From positions 9,088,001 through 9,152,000 of the forward strand of contig CP068257.2 of the NCBI GenBank assembly GCA_009914755.4: DNA of 64,000 nucleotides, in the 5' to 3' direction. The DNA comes from the human T2T-CHM13v2.0 reference genome, Homo sapiens. The position numbers and the translations under genes are program-made. The notes under the pieces were generated by a model, which made no database searches, had not been told where the DNA came from, and saw only the letters and a list, made by a program, of their open reading frames with translations. Below, one piece after another: positions 47,173 through 59,838 of this stretch; position 1 is the first letter of the stretch; every line of letters begins with the position of its first letter.

Positions 47173-50100
47173 TTTACCCTAGGAATTTATACTGAGGAAA
47201 TAATCAGACAAGTGTGCCAAGTGATACTTAGAGAAGGATATTTATTGTTGCATTGATGATAGTAGGTAAGATGTGGGAAGAATGTAAATGTCCAGCAATA
47301 AGAGATTGGCTAAATAATTGTGCTACAGCTAGGCAAGGGGCTGGCTTATGGCCATTCAGAACACACTCCCTCCTGATTGAGTCAAATCTCCTGTCCCTGC
47401 TCTCACACACCACACACCTCCCACCTTTTCAGCACAAATTACAGTCGTAATTTTCCATTTCTTTGTGAACCTCTTTGATGAGTTTCTGTATCCCTCATTA
47501 GATGCTAAGCTCCATGGAGGCAAAGAGTATACTATGTTCATTATTGTGTCCTCCATGACAAGTTAAGTTCCTGGAACACAGTACACTCTCAATAATTTGT
47601 TGTTAAATGAATGACTGAATCTGTATTTCTCAGTATGGAATCCTGTTTGAAATATGCAATGAAGAGAAAGAGCAGATTATAAAACAGCATGCATACTGTA
47701 GTACACACTGCAAATTCCCTCCTTTCTTGATCTTCTTTGGGGGACCACATGTGCACTCTCAGTCAATAAATTATGATTGATCCAAAGTCAATCATGACAT
47801 TGCTATTCTCTACTGCTAGGGATGGTCATGAGATCAGGTTCTGGCCAATCTAAACACAGATTTCCAGACCTAAAGAGAAATCCTCTGGGGGTCACCTCTG
47901 AAGTTCTTGCTTTTCTAATAAGAATACGGAAGTGACTGCTTTTGCTGGCCTTGTAAACTCATGTAGTGGTTGGAGCTGCAGTAGCCGTCTTACAGCCATG
48001 AGCTAAATTCCAATAGACTCACAAAGATGCTGGGCCTAAAATTGTTGAACCAGTGAACCATAGCCAGGAACCATAGATATTCCAACTACGTAAGAAAAAT
48101 GAACCTGTCTTTGTTTAAGTGACTGAACTTTCAGATTAATGCACTCTCAACAGATACAGAGCATGATCCCATATATACCTGTATGTGCAAATATGAATAG
48201 AAAAATAATTAAAGTGATTATCTCTGTCTGGTAGGATTCTCCTTCATATTTTTTTATTTTATAAAGTTTTCCCAAAGGGCATGTAAATAATAATCAGACA
48301 AATATTTCTGTACATTCAGAAAATAAAAAATGGTACTAATTTTATTTTTAAAAAATAAAATATTGGGGCCCCAGAAGGTAGTTCACTACCATATGATAAG
48401 TTAATTAGCCACGACCGAGATGAACACTTGTGGGTATCCTGGAGGACAGGTTCGGCAGCAGTGGGAGGTCCCCTCTAGAACAGTATGTGGTTCCAAACTC
48501 CTGAGGGAGGCGGGACAGACCCCAAGGAAGTAGATGAGAACCTGAGTGAGGCTCTGTGGGGAGAGAGGATGTTCCTCAGCCCTCATGAGGACATGTCAGT
48601 TTTACTTGAGATTAGGCCCTGGCCTTGGCTGGGCAGCCTGCCAGGTAGGTTCTCAGCAGCATGGGGTGATAACAGGAGGAGGGGAAGGCTGGCAAGCTGG
48701 GATAGCTCTGGGGTCTTCAGGTGGGGCTGTCTCGGGTAGCAACTGTGTTGGCTGTAAACACAGATTTCCAGGAAGCAGAGCGTTGCAATCTCTTCCACCA
48801 CAAACCTGGACCATCAGGGATGTTTCCATAGCAGCATCTATGCTGGTGAGGAATCTGGGCATGATCTGTGATCCCCTCTCCCACTTTTTCTTTTCTCTTA
48901 GAGTGGGACAGAGCAGCCTGGAGCAGCTAGTGTCCTGTAGTGACTCCAGTTTGCTGCTCTCTTCCTTATCTTCTTCCTCCTGCCTTCTGTCTGCTCTGCA
49001 TCCTTCACCTTCTACATCAGGAAGCTCAAGTCACCGGGCTGAGCCTGGGCTTCTCATTTAAATCACGGAGTGCCAGTCAATGCCTCCCTTCCTCTTCCCA
49101 GGGAGCAACTTCAGTCTTCACTGCCTGCAGTGGGGAGCTAGACCCTGCTCCTTATTCCCTGTGGGACCATCCGCAGCCTGTTTCCTCACCCCTGTAATGG
49201 GACAGCAGTCCTCCCTGCCCACCTGGCAGTGCTAATTCCAGGCCGGGGGCCCTCCTGGGAAAATCACTAGTGTGGGTGACACGGTGGGTTTTTGTGTGTG
49301 TGGAGGGGTGGGGCTGCCACCTGGCCATTTACAGACCCCATCCTTCCTCTCTCCCTGTGCTTGTCACATGTCAGGAGTCCCTCTCCTTTGCGCCATGATA
49401 CATAAGAGATTTTCAGATCCATCATCTCATTGAGCCTTGCATCTCCTTGGTGAAATTGGAGTTATTGTCACCATTTTACTGATGAGTAAAATGAGGCTCA
49501 GAAAGGGGAACATCATTGCCAGGGTTCCGCCGTGGACTTATAGCGGAGCTGGGATTATGATGCATGTTCTGGATTCCTGGCGGGGTCCTGGCCCATCTGC
49601 AGCTAAGGCCTTTCTTTCTGCTCCCATGAGGTCCGTTTTCCATTCCTTTCCTCCCCATGACAGCCACTCTCACCACCACTCAGGGTCTGTGCTCACTGTC
49701 ACACCACCCCTCGCTGAGCCCTGCGTCTGGGCTGGAACCCACCATGTCCATCAGACGGATTTTCCTCAATGGTGGTTGGGCTCCAAATCCACTCTCCCCA
49801 GACTGACACAAATTGCACTACAGGGGGCTGCAACTGTAGGCGTTTCTGGTCTAGAGAGAGAGAGATAGTCCCATAGAAATGTCAACATCAGTTGGTGAAG
49901 AAGAGAATGGAAACACAGGAGAAAGTTCAGGGAGTGATGTCAGGAGGAGGTGGCCCTTGAGTTGGGTCTTGAGGGATGTGTAAGAGTTACCAGGCAAGGA
50001 ACGCTGGGAAGGGCATTCCAGGAGGAAAGAGCAGCATTCTCCAAGGCTCAGACTGGTCTGGTGGCTACAAGGTAGAGCTGGGTGACCTGGACCCCTTGAA

Positions 50101-50472
50101 ACAGTGCTCCCTTTTCAGGAGGAAATCTGCAGCTCCCATACTTTGGGCTGTCTCAGAGTCCCCCAGAGATCTTGGGAAATTCCTGGGTCCTGTTCCCAGG
50201 GATTCTGGTTCAGGCAGAGGAATCTGCGCTTCTCACAGGCAGGGGCTGTGACCTCACCCCACAGTTCTGATGCAGTTGGTCCCTGGATCACTCTTGTAGA
50301 AATACAAACAGGACTGAGAGGCTTTGACCCAAGGACTGTGCAGGGGGTGGGATGGGGATAGATGTGGAATGGGCCAGAGGAATAGTGGTTGGAGCTATAC
50401 CCTCCTGGACCACCTTGTCTAAAATGTGGCTCTCCCATCCCCCTTTCCTACTGATACATTCTATCCTCCACT

Positions 50473-50608
50473 TTTCCTTTATTTTATTTTATTTTATTTT
50501 TTGTAGATACAGGGTCTCACTATGTTACCCAGACTGGTCTCAAATTCCTGACCTCAACCATCCTCGCATCTCGGCCTCCCAAAGCACTAGGATTACAGGC
50601 ATGAAGCA
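50473..50608 (-). mobile_element. Alu monomer / 5'-half fragment
   Basis: 'gtagatacagggtctcactatgttacccagactggtctcaaattcctgacctcaaccatcctcgcatctcggcctcccaaagcactaggattacaggcatgaagcaccatcctc'. Confidence 0.8.
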
Positions 50609-51226
50609 CCATCCTCTCATCACCAGCTCACATGCTGAACATTTGACTAGTTTATTTATTACCTGTTTCACTCTACTGGCATGAGGGCTACATGAAGAAA
50701 GAGACTTTGTCTATGTCATTCACTGCTGTAGCCAGGTGTCTACAATGTGTAAGGCCATGGAAGCTGTTTCTGTTTTGGTTTGTAATTTTAATTTTGGGAA
50801 GCAGAAGATATCTGAGTGGACTCAGTGGCTGACAGGAAAAGGGAGAACAGTCTTGGTGTGCACAAGAGTGACAGGGAGATCTAGACAGAGAGACGTCAGA
50901 GGACAGTTCCTGGAAGGGGCTGATGGAAAGGTGGGGCAACTGGGGAAGGTCTCTCTGGACATCAATTCCTTTGAAGCTGGCAGGGAGGGAGGAAGTGCAT
51001 GGGTGGAGAGGAATGCTTGAAGAAGACCTCCTTGGCTTCCATATTCTTCATGAAGTGACAGATGAGGGGCTTCCTGGGAAGAGAGGGCAGGAGGGGAGCA
51101 AATGTAGGCTGGTGATGGTGGGCCTGCAGCAGTGCCCCAGGGTGAAGGGGTGAATGTATTACTGAGGCTGGATCCTGGTCATGACCCTTGCCTTGGCTTC
51201 AAGACTCATTAAAAACCAGCCTCCTC

Positions 51227-51303
51227 CAGTGAGCTTAGATCATGACACTGCACTGGAGCCTGGAGACAGAGTGAGACTCCATCTCAAAAACAAAAACAAA
51301 AAA
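51227..51303 (+). mobile_element. Alu 3'-end fragment
   Basis: 'gatcatgacactgcactggagcctggagacagagtgagactccatctcaaaaacaaaaacaaaaaaac'. Confidence 0.75.
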
Positions 51304-54300
51304 ACAGCCTCCATTCCCAATGTGCCCAGCTGGACCATGCGCTGCTTCCTGGATGTGCCACCAACACAACTGGAACACAAATCCTGAGTCACTGCCTCTA
51401 GAAAGCCTGCCTGGATTCAGTGCCCATCTGACTGGGCTCCTGCAGCACCTGGTCTGCCACTACTATGTGACTTACCTCTGCCTGCCTCTTATCACAGGTG
51501 CCTGTGTTTTTACCTGCCTCAGTGAGGGCTGTTGAGGACCTGGCCAGGCTGATCCATCTTAGGGGCTACAGTAGGTGCCAGCAATGGCTGGACTGTGTCA
51601 GGGCTGGACAATAAGCAAGCCAGATTCTCATGCTGGGCACTGGGTGCCCTTTGTGGGCTCAAGTGGGCATCACCACTGCTTCTGAGTGGCCAGAAGATTC
51701 CTGGGAGAGGCCTGGTTATCTTGGGCTGACCCTCACTCCCCAGTTCCATCCTCCCTCCCTCCCTTGCTGAAACCCTTTTGCATGTCCTCAACATCCTGCT
51801 CCAGCACCAGCAGCCCCCTGGTTTTCAGCAGCCTCAGGGAACTCTTCCTTTTCTTCCTTGCTGTGAGTAACAGGCCCAATCCCCTGAGGACACTGCTGCC
51901 TTGCGGTCCTCTGCTGCAGCCTTTCCCTGGACCTGAGCAGGATAGGTCCTCCTTGCTTCTCATTGCCTCCCTCTTTCAGCTCATCATCCTGCTCTCCCAT
52001 AAAAATACATTCATGTGCCATGAAATGATGTTTCCATCAACCCAGATCGCATGTGCAGTGGTGGATCCATGAAACTATAATGGAGCCGAAAGACACCTAC
52101 TGCCTAGCCCAGTGACATAACAATTGTAACGTTATGGCACAGTTACTTTAAAAATATATTTATTAAAAAAGATTTATAATTCTATAGAAAAAGAAATATA
52201 TGTCTTGTAGTGTAGCCTAAGTGTCCAGTGTTTATAAAATCTACAGTAGTGCACAGTCATGCCCTAGGAATTCATCTTCACTCACCACTCACTGACTCAC
52301 CCAGAGAAGTTTCCAGCCCTGCACATTCCATTCATGGTAAGTGTCCTAGACCAGTGCACCATGTCTAGGTACCATACTACATTTTTATATAGTGCAATAC
52401 TATGTTTTTACTGTACTTTTCATGATATGTTTAGATGTGCAAGTACTGACCATTGTGCTACAACTGCCAACAATATTCACTGCAGTAACCTGTGCCCAGG
52501 TGTGCAGCCTGAGAGCGGTAGGCTGTGCCATAGAGCCTAGGTGTACAGTAGGTACAATATTGAGGTGTGTGTAAGCACACTCTGTGACGTTCACACAAAG
52601 AAAAATTACCCAAGGACACGGTGACACACGAAGGGAATCAATATTGAAGCTCTTGCCCTCAGATTGCACCCAGGGCCACATCCCTATGCATTGAAGACTT
52701 AGCTCCCAGTTCATGGGCACTTTTTCCTGCTGAGGTGATTCCAACATGCACATAGAGAGTCCTCCTCATGCTCTGGCTCTTGGTCCCTCCACCCCTAGAG
52801 ACCTTGTCTCCACCCTCCCTGAGTCACCCACTCCTACCTGTATATTCTTGTCCTTGTCACTGCAGAAACTGTAGCTACTCCAGACCCTCAATTTCAAACA
52901 CGCTTTTTTTGACCACAACTTTCCTTTTTCCAGCTGCCTCCCAACTCCAAGACACTTCAATGACTCCAAATTTTCACTTTTGTGTCTCACTCTGTTTCTT
53001 GCAAATTTCCCCTCCTCCCAGCTGAGACTATACGGTCCAGCCTGTCATCCACCCTCTCTAACACTCTCCACTCTCTTGCCCCACAATTAATTGTGCTCCC
53101 AGGGCAAAACTGCACTCTGCTGAAAGCCAGCCACCCGCTCCCTCTGCTCCTGCAGTCAGGTGGCTGAGCACAGCCAGAGAGAAACACACGTGCCTTTTGC
53201 TCTCACTTAATCATCAAGCCCAAACCTCCAGTGGGCCCTGGATGATGTCCTACAAACTCACTCATTTCCCGAGTCCATAAGTCTGCCAGACTTCTTTATT
53301 TGTTATCTTAATAAAAATATATATAATCTAAGTATTTTATGAATACCAACTGATTTAATTATGATAAAACTCTATGAATCTGTTCTATAATAATCACCAT
53401 TTCACAGCTGAGGAGATGCTGGCACAGGAAGAGATGAAGTGACTTGCCCTGGAGCCCAGGCACCCAGCTCTGGAAGTGCTGCCCTGTCCCCAAGCAACAG
53501 TATCGTGCCTTCTCCTTCCTCCTTAAACCTCTAAAACCTTCCCCAGCCTTCCTTACACCTGCTGCCTTGCTTCCTACTTCAATTTGAAAATAGATGCAAT
53601 AAAGAGAGAACCTTCCCTGGATCCCACCCCCACATCTCCCCAGCTGCTTGCCTCTGTGCTTCCTTCTCCACCTTCGCTTGTTATTGTAGCTAGAGTGTCT
53701 GCACTCATGTTAGGGGTGAATTTTCTCCATCATATCCATAGTTCAACCCTCAGGTTCTTTCCTGAGTGTCCACTTTGCACACTGCCCGGTTCCGCAATGC
53801 AGCTCTCCCACCCATCTCACACCCTGCATGCTTATTTATTCATCATCTGTTCTGCTCTACTACAGTGAGAGCTACACAGGGGCAGGGATTCTGGGTATCT
53901 TATGCACTGCAGATTCCAACATCTAGAGCAGTACCTGGCACCTAGAAGGTGTTGGTATTTAATGAAGTCAGTCATTTTATATGTCAGGCTCTGGCCTGGT
54001 GCTGGGGACACTAGGGTGATTCAGACAGGTCCCTGCTTATACCAAGTTTATAGTCCCATAGGGGAGACACATTACCTGACAAATTTGCAGGCAGCCATTT
54101 ATATTTTGCATCTAACAAAGCAGCCCTTATTGTACTTGAGAGGAAATGCACTCAAGCCGTTAGCTGTAGCCCCACTTCCCCTGCTTCAGGACAGAAAGCC
54201 CCAGGCTCCAGCCCTTACATTCCTGGGCCTCCAGGGCTCCCTGGACTTTAGGAAACAGCTAGTAAGGGAGTCAAAGTCCACTTTGACTCAGAGCTGTGGG

Positions 54301-55159
54301 ATGTCAACAAGGTGCTTCCCCTCTCTGGTCCTCAATGTCTTTGTCTATTACAAGAGATGATGGTGCCAGCTCAGCAAGCTCCACCGGGCTGGGGCAAATG
54401 GGACAGGGAGGGTGACAATGCTTTGTGGACAGAGAGGAGGAATTCTGAGTGGCTACTGGAAAGGCAGCATGTTTATTTGACAATTTCAAACATGACAGAA
54501 CTGCGGAACACAGACATCAAGACTCCTCTGTAATTCCATTTGGAGTTTAAAGCTCAGATTTTGTTTTGTTTAAGCAGTGGCAAATGTTATGTATAGATAT
54601 AGATGTGGGATCATAAAATGTGTTTAAAAGTTATTGATGTGGGACAACTTTGCATATCAATATACAAGCATTTATTTTATTTGTTTTAATAGCTGTGAAA
54701 TATCCCACTGTATGAAGAGACTAAAATCTGTCCTTCTATTGTGGATATTTGGATTGATGAACCATTGGAACAAATCAGAGAGGCCAATCAAAGCATTTGA
54801 CAGCCTGGCAGATCAAAGTGAGAGGTTTATTACAGAAGACAGTAATGCTAAAAGGGGAGGAGAGCTAAGTGAATCCACCTGCTGCAATCAGAGTCCAGAA
54901 TCCCACCAACATAAGATGCAGGAGACAACGCGGCCAAAAGGGCAGAGGCCCCCAGGGCTCCCAGCAGAGCCAGATGCAAACTTGTCATCCCACCCTGTGT
55001 GTGGGCTTCCTGTGCCCTGGACAGTCTTTCCTGAGGCCGAGGCTGTTTTAAGAGCTTAGAGCACCCATTCTACGGCAGAATTTCTTATGAATGAGGTCCC
55101 TGTTCTGTGCTCCTCACCCATCCTGGGCCCTTTTCCCAACTTGACTTTGGGTAGTGGGT

Positions 55160-57140
55160 GGATATAGGCCCCAGGTAAACACCAGGCCCCAGGTGGACAT
55201 CAGGGCTCAGGTGGACATACAGCCTCCAGGTGTATATCAGGCCCCAGGTATATACCATTTTCCTGGTACGTATTAGTAACCAAGGGGACACTGGACTCCA
55301 GGTGTACATCAGGCTCACAGGTGGACACCCAGGCCCCATATGGACACCAGCCTACAGGTGAGCATCAGGCTGCAGGAGGATACCCAGGCCTTAGGTAGAT
55401 ATCAGGCCCTATAAGGACACCAGGCCTCAGGTGGACATCAGGGCCTAGCTGGGGACTCAGGTTCTAGGAAGACACCCAGGCCTCAAGTAGCATCAGGGCC
55501 AAGGCGGATACTAGACTCCAGGTGGACATCAGGCCCCAGATTAACTGCAGGCCTTCGGTGAACATCTGATCCCAGTTGGATATCAGACCCCAGGAGAACA
55601 TCAGTCCCCAGGTGGATATCAGCTTCCAAGTTGACATCAGGCCACAAGTGGACACTGGACTTGAGGTGTACGTCAGGCCTCAGATGGACACCCAGGCCCC
55701 AGGTGTACAGCAGGCTGAGGTAGAAATCAAGGCACAGGTAACACCATCTCCTAGGTGGTTACCTAGGCTTCAGGTAGACATCAGACCCCAGGTGGACACC
55801 TGGGTCTCAGGTGGTCATCAGGCCATAGGTGGAAACTCAGGTCCCAGGTGCACATCACGTACCAAGTGGACACCCAGGCCCCAGGTGGACACCAGCCTAC
55901 AAGTGGACATCAGACCACAGGAGGACACCCAGGCCCCAGATAGATACCAGACTCCAGAGGAACACCCAGGCCTCAGGCGGACATCAGGTCCCAGGTTAAT
56001 TCCAGGCCCCAGCTGGAACTCAGGCCCCACCTGGACACAAGTCCCTAGGTAGATACACAGGCCCTGTAGGCCCTGGGGAACATCAGGCCTTAGGTGAAGT
56101 TCTAGGCTACAGGTGGACATCTTGCTCCAGTTGGACATCTGGTCCCAAGTGAACATCAGTCTCCAGGTGGACACAATGTCCCAAGTTGGACATCAGGCAC
56201 CAGGAGGACTTTAGTCCTCTGGTGAACACCAGCTCCCAGGTTGACATCAGGCTACGAGTTGACACCCAGGGCCCAGATGGACATGTGGCCCTAGATGAAC
56301 ACTAGTCCCCAGTCAGCTGGGGCCTGGGTCCACCTGGAGCCTGATGCTTAGCTAGAGACTGGATATCCACCTGAGGCCAAGGTATCTACCCAGGGACTGG
56401 TGTCAAAGTGGGGCCTGATATCCACCTGGGGACTAGGTATCCACCTGGGGCTTGATATTCACCTCGAGCCAGATGACCTTCCGGAGTCTGATGTCCACCA
56501 CAGGCCTGTGTGTCCATCTGGGGCCTGGTGTTGATTTGGATTCCAGTGTCTACCTGGAACCTGGGACCATGTAGTCCACTTGGAGCCTGGAGTTTTCACC
56601 TGGGGCCTGGTAGACATCTGGCCCCAGTAAACATCAGCGTGGGGCCTCGTTGTCCACTTAGAGCCTGGAGTTTTCACCTAGGGCCTGAAGATCACCTGGG
56701 ACCCAGGTGTACACCTGGGACATCAGGCTCCAGGTGTAAACCCAGGCTCCAGGATACAACAGGCCCCAAGAGAACTCCAGACCATATTAAACATCAAGTC
56801 TCAGGTGGATGCCCAGGCCCCATGTGTACACCAGGCCCCAGGTAGACAGTGGACACCAGCTGAACATTAGCCCCAAGGTTGACACCCATACTACAGGTGG
56901 ATATGAGGCCCCAGGTGAATACCTATGCTTCAGGTGTGCATCAGTCCCCAGGTGAACATAAGGCCACAGATAGACATCAGGCCTCAGGTGCACATCTGGC
57001 TCCAGGTAAACATCAGGCCTTAGGTGGATACCCACTCCCCAGGTGGACATCAGAGACCAGGTTGACACAAAAAAATCCCAGTGGGTATCAAGTCCCAGTG
57101 GACGTCCAGGCTCCAGGTAAACACCCCAGCCCCACTGTAA
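55160..57140. repeat. ~2-kb minisatellite of ~20-bp units (consensus ~'ccccaggtggacatcaggcc'), roughly 95-100 units, with an internal inverted block
   Basis: Forward units 'ccaggtggacatcaggcc(c/t)' dominate 55160-56310 and 56715-57140. Between ~56316 and ~56710 the units are reverse-complemented ('ggcctgatatccacctgggg', 'ggcctggtagacatctggcccc'). Confidence 0.9.
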
Positions 57141-57589
57141 CTGTAACCACCATAACGAGAAGTGGTAGGTCTAAGTACCATCATGCTCCTTGCTCACAAA
57201 AGGATACTTAGCTATTTTATTCAAAATACAACTCCATTCATCACTCTGAGCAGCGATGTGTAGAAAGGAAGAGAAAAATAAACCAGGCTTCAAGGAATCC
57301 ATCCAAAATGAGGTAGATATTATAAGGGACAGAAATCCCCAAATGAAATGTTATAGTTGACATAGAATAGTCTTTAAAACCCATTAATTTTCTCACACAT
57401 TTGATACAAAGCATTATTTCCAGAGACTGAACCTAGAAAGAATTGCTTAAGACTAGGAGTCTTGTTCCAGCCTAGATCCCACACTGTTGAACATCTATAC
57501 TTAGTACATCACATTATACATAGCACTGATATGACCTGTGTGCATTTAATTTCCTAATACTTGTTCATCTCTGGCATAGTTTATATATA

Positions 57590-57665
57590 TATGTGTGTGT
57601 GTGTGTATATATATATCATATGTAACATACGTGCATACAAGTACACACATACACACAAAAGGTAT
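57590..57665. repeat. (TA)n(TG)n compound dinucleotide repeat
   Basis: 'atatatatatgtgtgtgtgtgtgtatatatatatcatatgtaacatacgtgcatacaagtacacacatacacaca'. Confidence 0.9.
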
Positions 57666-57959
57666 ATAAGGGTAGGATAGTATAATTGTGCAGTAACGTT
57701 TCTTGTGAAAGTGGTGGAAAGTGGATTGCGTTGGCGACATGCTGGAATGTGCTTCCATTGGCAGAAGTAAGGCTTTCAAAACTAGTCGTTTTCATTTTTC
57801 TCTAGCAACTGGGAATATTAATAATAGAAGATGTGTTGGTATAAAACTAATCATAATAATCACAATGAAGTGGTTTTAATAATTATAAGATATAATAGAC
57901 ATTACAGATATTATAAGATGTCAAGAAAAAGAAGATGCTATAAAATCTTTGAGATGATT

Positions 57960-58740
57960 GACACATTAAATGCGGCCTCCTGTGCCTCCCTGGGGCGCCA
58001 CTCTCGCTGGGTTCTTGGCGGAGCTCACCGTACTCCACCTGCTCGGCCCAGGCTCCTGCGCCCCCGGAGTCACGCCATGGGAGCGAGGACCTTGCCGCGG
58101 CCCTAGACAAGGACAATGAGGAGGGGGTGCACGTGGAATCCCCACGGATAGGCCGGACGCCGGGCAGGAGCCTTTGCAGGGGTGCACAGCCTCCTCTGGA
58201 AGCCCTGGTCGCTGCCTGGTGCCTGCTGCGCCCTGCGAGCTCCGCAGCGGTGGAGCCAGGCCTGAACTGCCTGCTCTTGGCCCCGCCTGCGGCCCTCTGC
58301 CCTTTGTCTTGCCCGTGGGGCCCGGGGCCTCAAGCTGGCCCGGGGTTCCTGAAGTTAGCTGACGATGGGCTGGCCTCTGGGGCTGGGTCGTGGGCCTTGT
58401 GCACTGGCCGCCACGTCACCAGCGCCAGGCCTACCCGCGGTGCTGCTGGAGACGCGGGATGCCCGGGCTCGGGCTGTGCTGGATCCCCTGGCGCTGCGAA
58501 CCCCGTCACCTTCCATCGCGGCCGGCCACCATGCTGCGTGCTGGTCAGCCGCCTTCCTGGGACCCCTCCGGCCCCAAGGAGGCATCACTCACAGCCGCTT
58601 GCGACACCGGGGCCGCCTGAACCTCAGCCAGGGCTGCGCCACGCAAGTGGCTCCAGCCAGCCAGCCCTGGCCCATGAGCAGGACGTTCCGATCCTAGAGA
58701 TGATCGCCCTCGGCAGTGATACACGGCTATGGAGGAGGCA
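57960..58740. promoter_or_regulatory. CpG island (~0.8 kb, very high GC with dense CpG), orphan
   Basis: Dense CpG throughout, e.g. 'gcggcctcctgtgcctccctggggcgccactctcgctgg ... ccgcggccctag ... ggccggacgccgggcagg ... cgcggccggccaccatgctgcgtgc'. Flanking sequence is AT-rich. Confidence 0.7.
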
Positions 58741-59765
58741 GCGGATACCTTCTAAAGTTTGTAGACACTCTACTGCCACACCAAAAGTTTCACCATCAGC
58801 TGCGATGCCGACTGGGGCTCAGAGACCCCTCTGGGATGTGGACCAGGCAGTGCTTTTGCTGGGCATGGCAGTGCTGACCACCCGAAGTGCGGACCTTCAC
58901 TTCGTGTTCCTCATACTCCACGTTCCACATCCAAAGTTCTCTACCATTTCTAAGCAGGAGAAATCAAAAGAAACTGAAATCAGAAAGAAAGAGAGAGAGA
59001 GAGAGAAAGCCATGAGCAAAAATAAAAAAAAGAGCAAAACCTTCTGGAAAGCATAAAACGCCTCAAAGCCAAAAACTAATTCTTATCTCTTTTAAACCTT
59101 CTGCACTTCTCCAATGATGAATGATTTATTTTTTTTAACACTGGCAATTCGTAATTATTAACTTCTCTGGCATTAATGACTAGAAATTGAATCACATGTG
59201 GGAGTTTAATTTGTATTATATGAAGCTTTTCATATTTTAAAAAATAATCGTTCAGTTTTTCTCCGTGGATTAACAATTAATGGAAAATTTTCAACATTGC
59301 TGTGTTAATGTCTCCTGAGATAATTAGATGTGAATAATCTTTTATAAACAGAATTTCCTGGGTGGAATTTCTCATCTTCAGGAGCTCGATAAATAACCAT
59401 GTCCCAAGAGAACTGTGAATTTGGGAACTGCAAGAACTGAGTCTCAACTTGTCCAGCCTGGTAGCACTTGGGTGAATCACTCTTGCAGGTGACTTCACTG
59501 CCTTCTGTTGAAGGGCCAGTGAGAGCCTGGGGGTTTCAACATGCAAGAGCCTTACCATTTTAGGGTTAACATTCACGATGAGGAAAAGACATACTTTTTT
59601 GATATTCTCCGTATGTAATAAAATAGTTACCAAAACAAAGCAAAGTGTGAGTGGTGACTATTGAGAGGACCCTTTTTATCTTTGCTGGATTCCCAGAGAT
59701 TTCTGGGTTTCTTTTGGAGTCAATAGTATTTCCATGTTAATTCTGAGCTCTTAAATCCCACAATA

Positions 59766-59838
59766 TGAGTTGCAGCCAGTGACTAGAGTTGCAGCCAGTG
59801 ACTAGAGTTGCAGCCAGTGACTAGTGTTGCAGCTTGTT
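59766..59838. repeat. 19-bp tandem repeat x ~3.5 ('gttgcagccagtgactaga')
   Basis: 'gagttgcagccagtgactagagttgcagccagtgactagagttgcagccagtgactagtgttgcagcttg'. Confidence 0.95.

Noticed and set aside
48546-49061. 171-aa ORF in unique GC-rich sequence
   Set aside because: No recognisable protein similarity, no splice or Kozak support, and serine-rich low complexity at the C-terminus. Most likely non-coding.
55576-56174. 158-aa and 118-aa ORFs with 'PQVDIR' and 'STWGLM' repeats
   Set aside because: These are translations of the 20-bp minisatellite. A period not divisible by 3 rotates the frames, and the ORFs end where the unit degenerates.
41400-57000. Searched for tRNA, 5S, U6/7SK-like and miRNA (miR-663-like) sequences in the GC-rich half
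   Set aside because: No A/B-box tRNA cloverleaf candidates, no snRNA consensus stretches and no miR-663 seed-containing hairpin were found by eye. A covariance-model scan (tRNAscan-SE/Infernal) would be needed to exclude them.
58127-59056. 309-aa ORF across the CpG island
   Set aside because: GC-rich sequence gives long stop-free frames by chance. The composition is Ala/Pro/Gly/Arg low-complexity, no recognisable domain is present, and the ORF runs into a (GA)n-encoded Lys/Glu tail.
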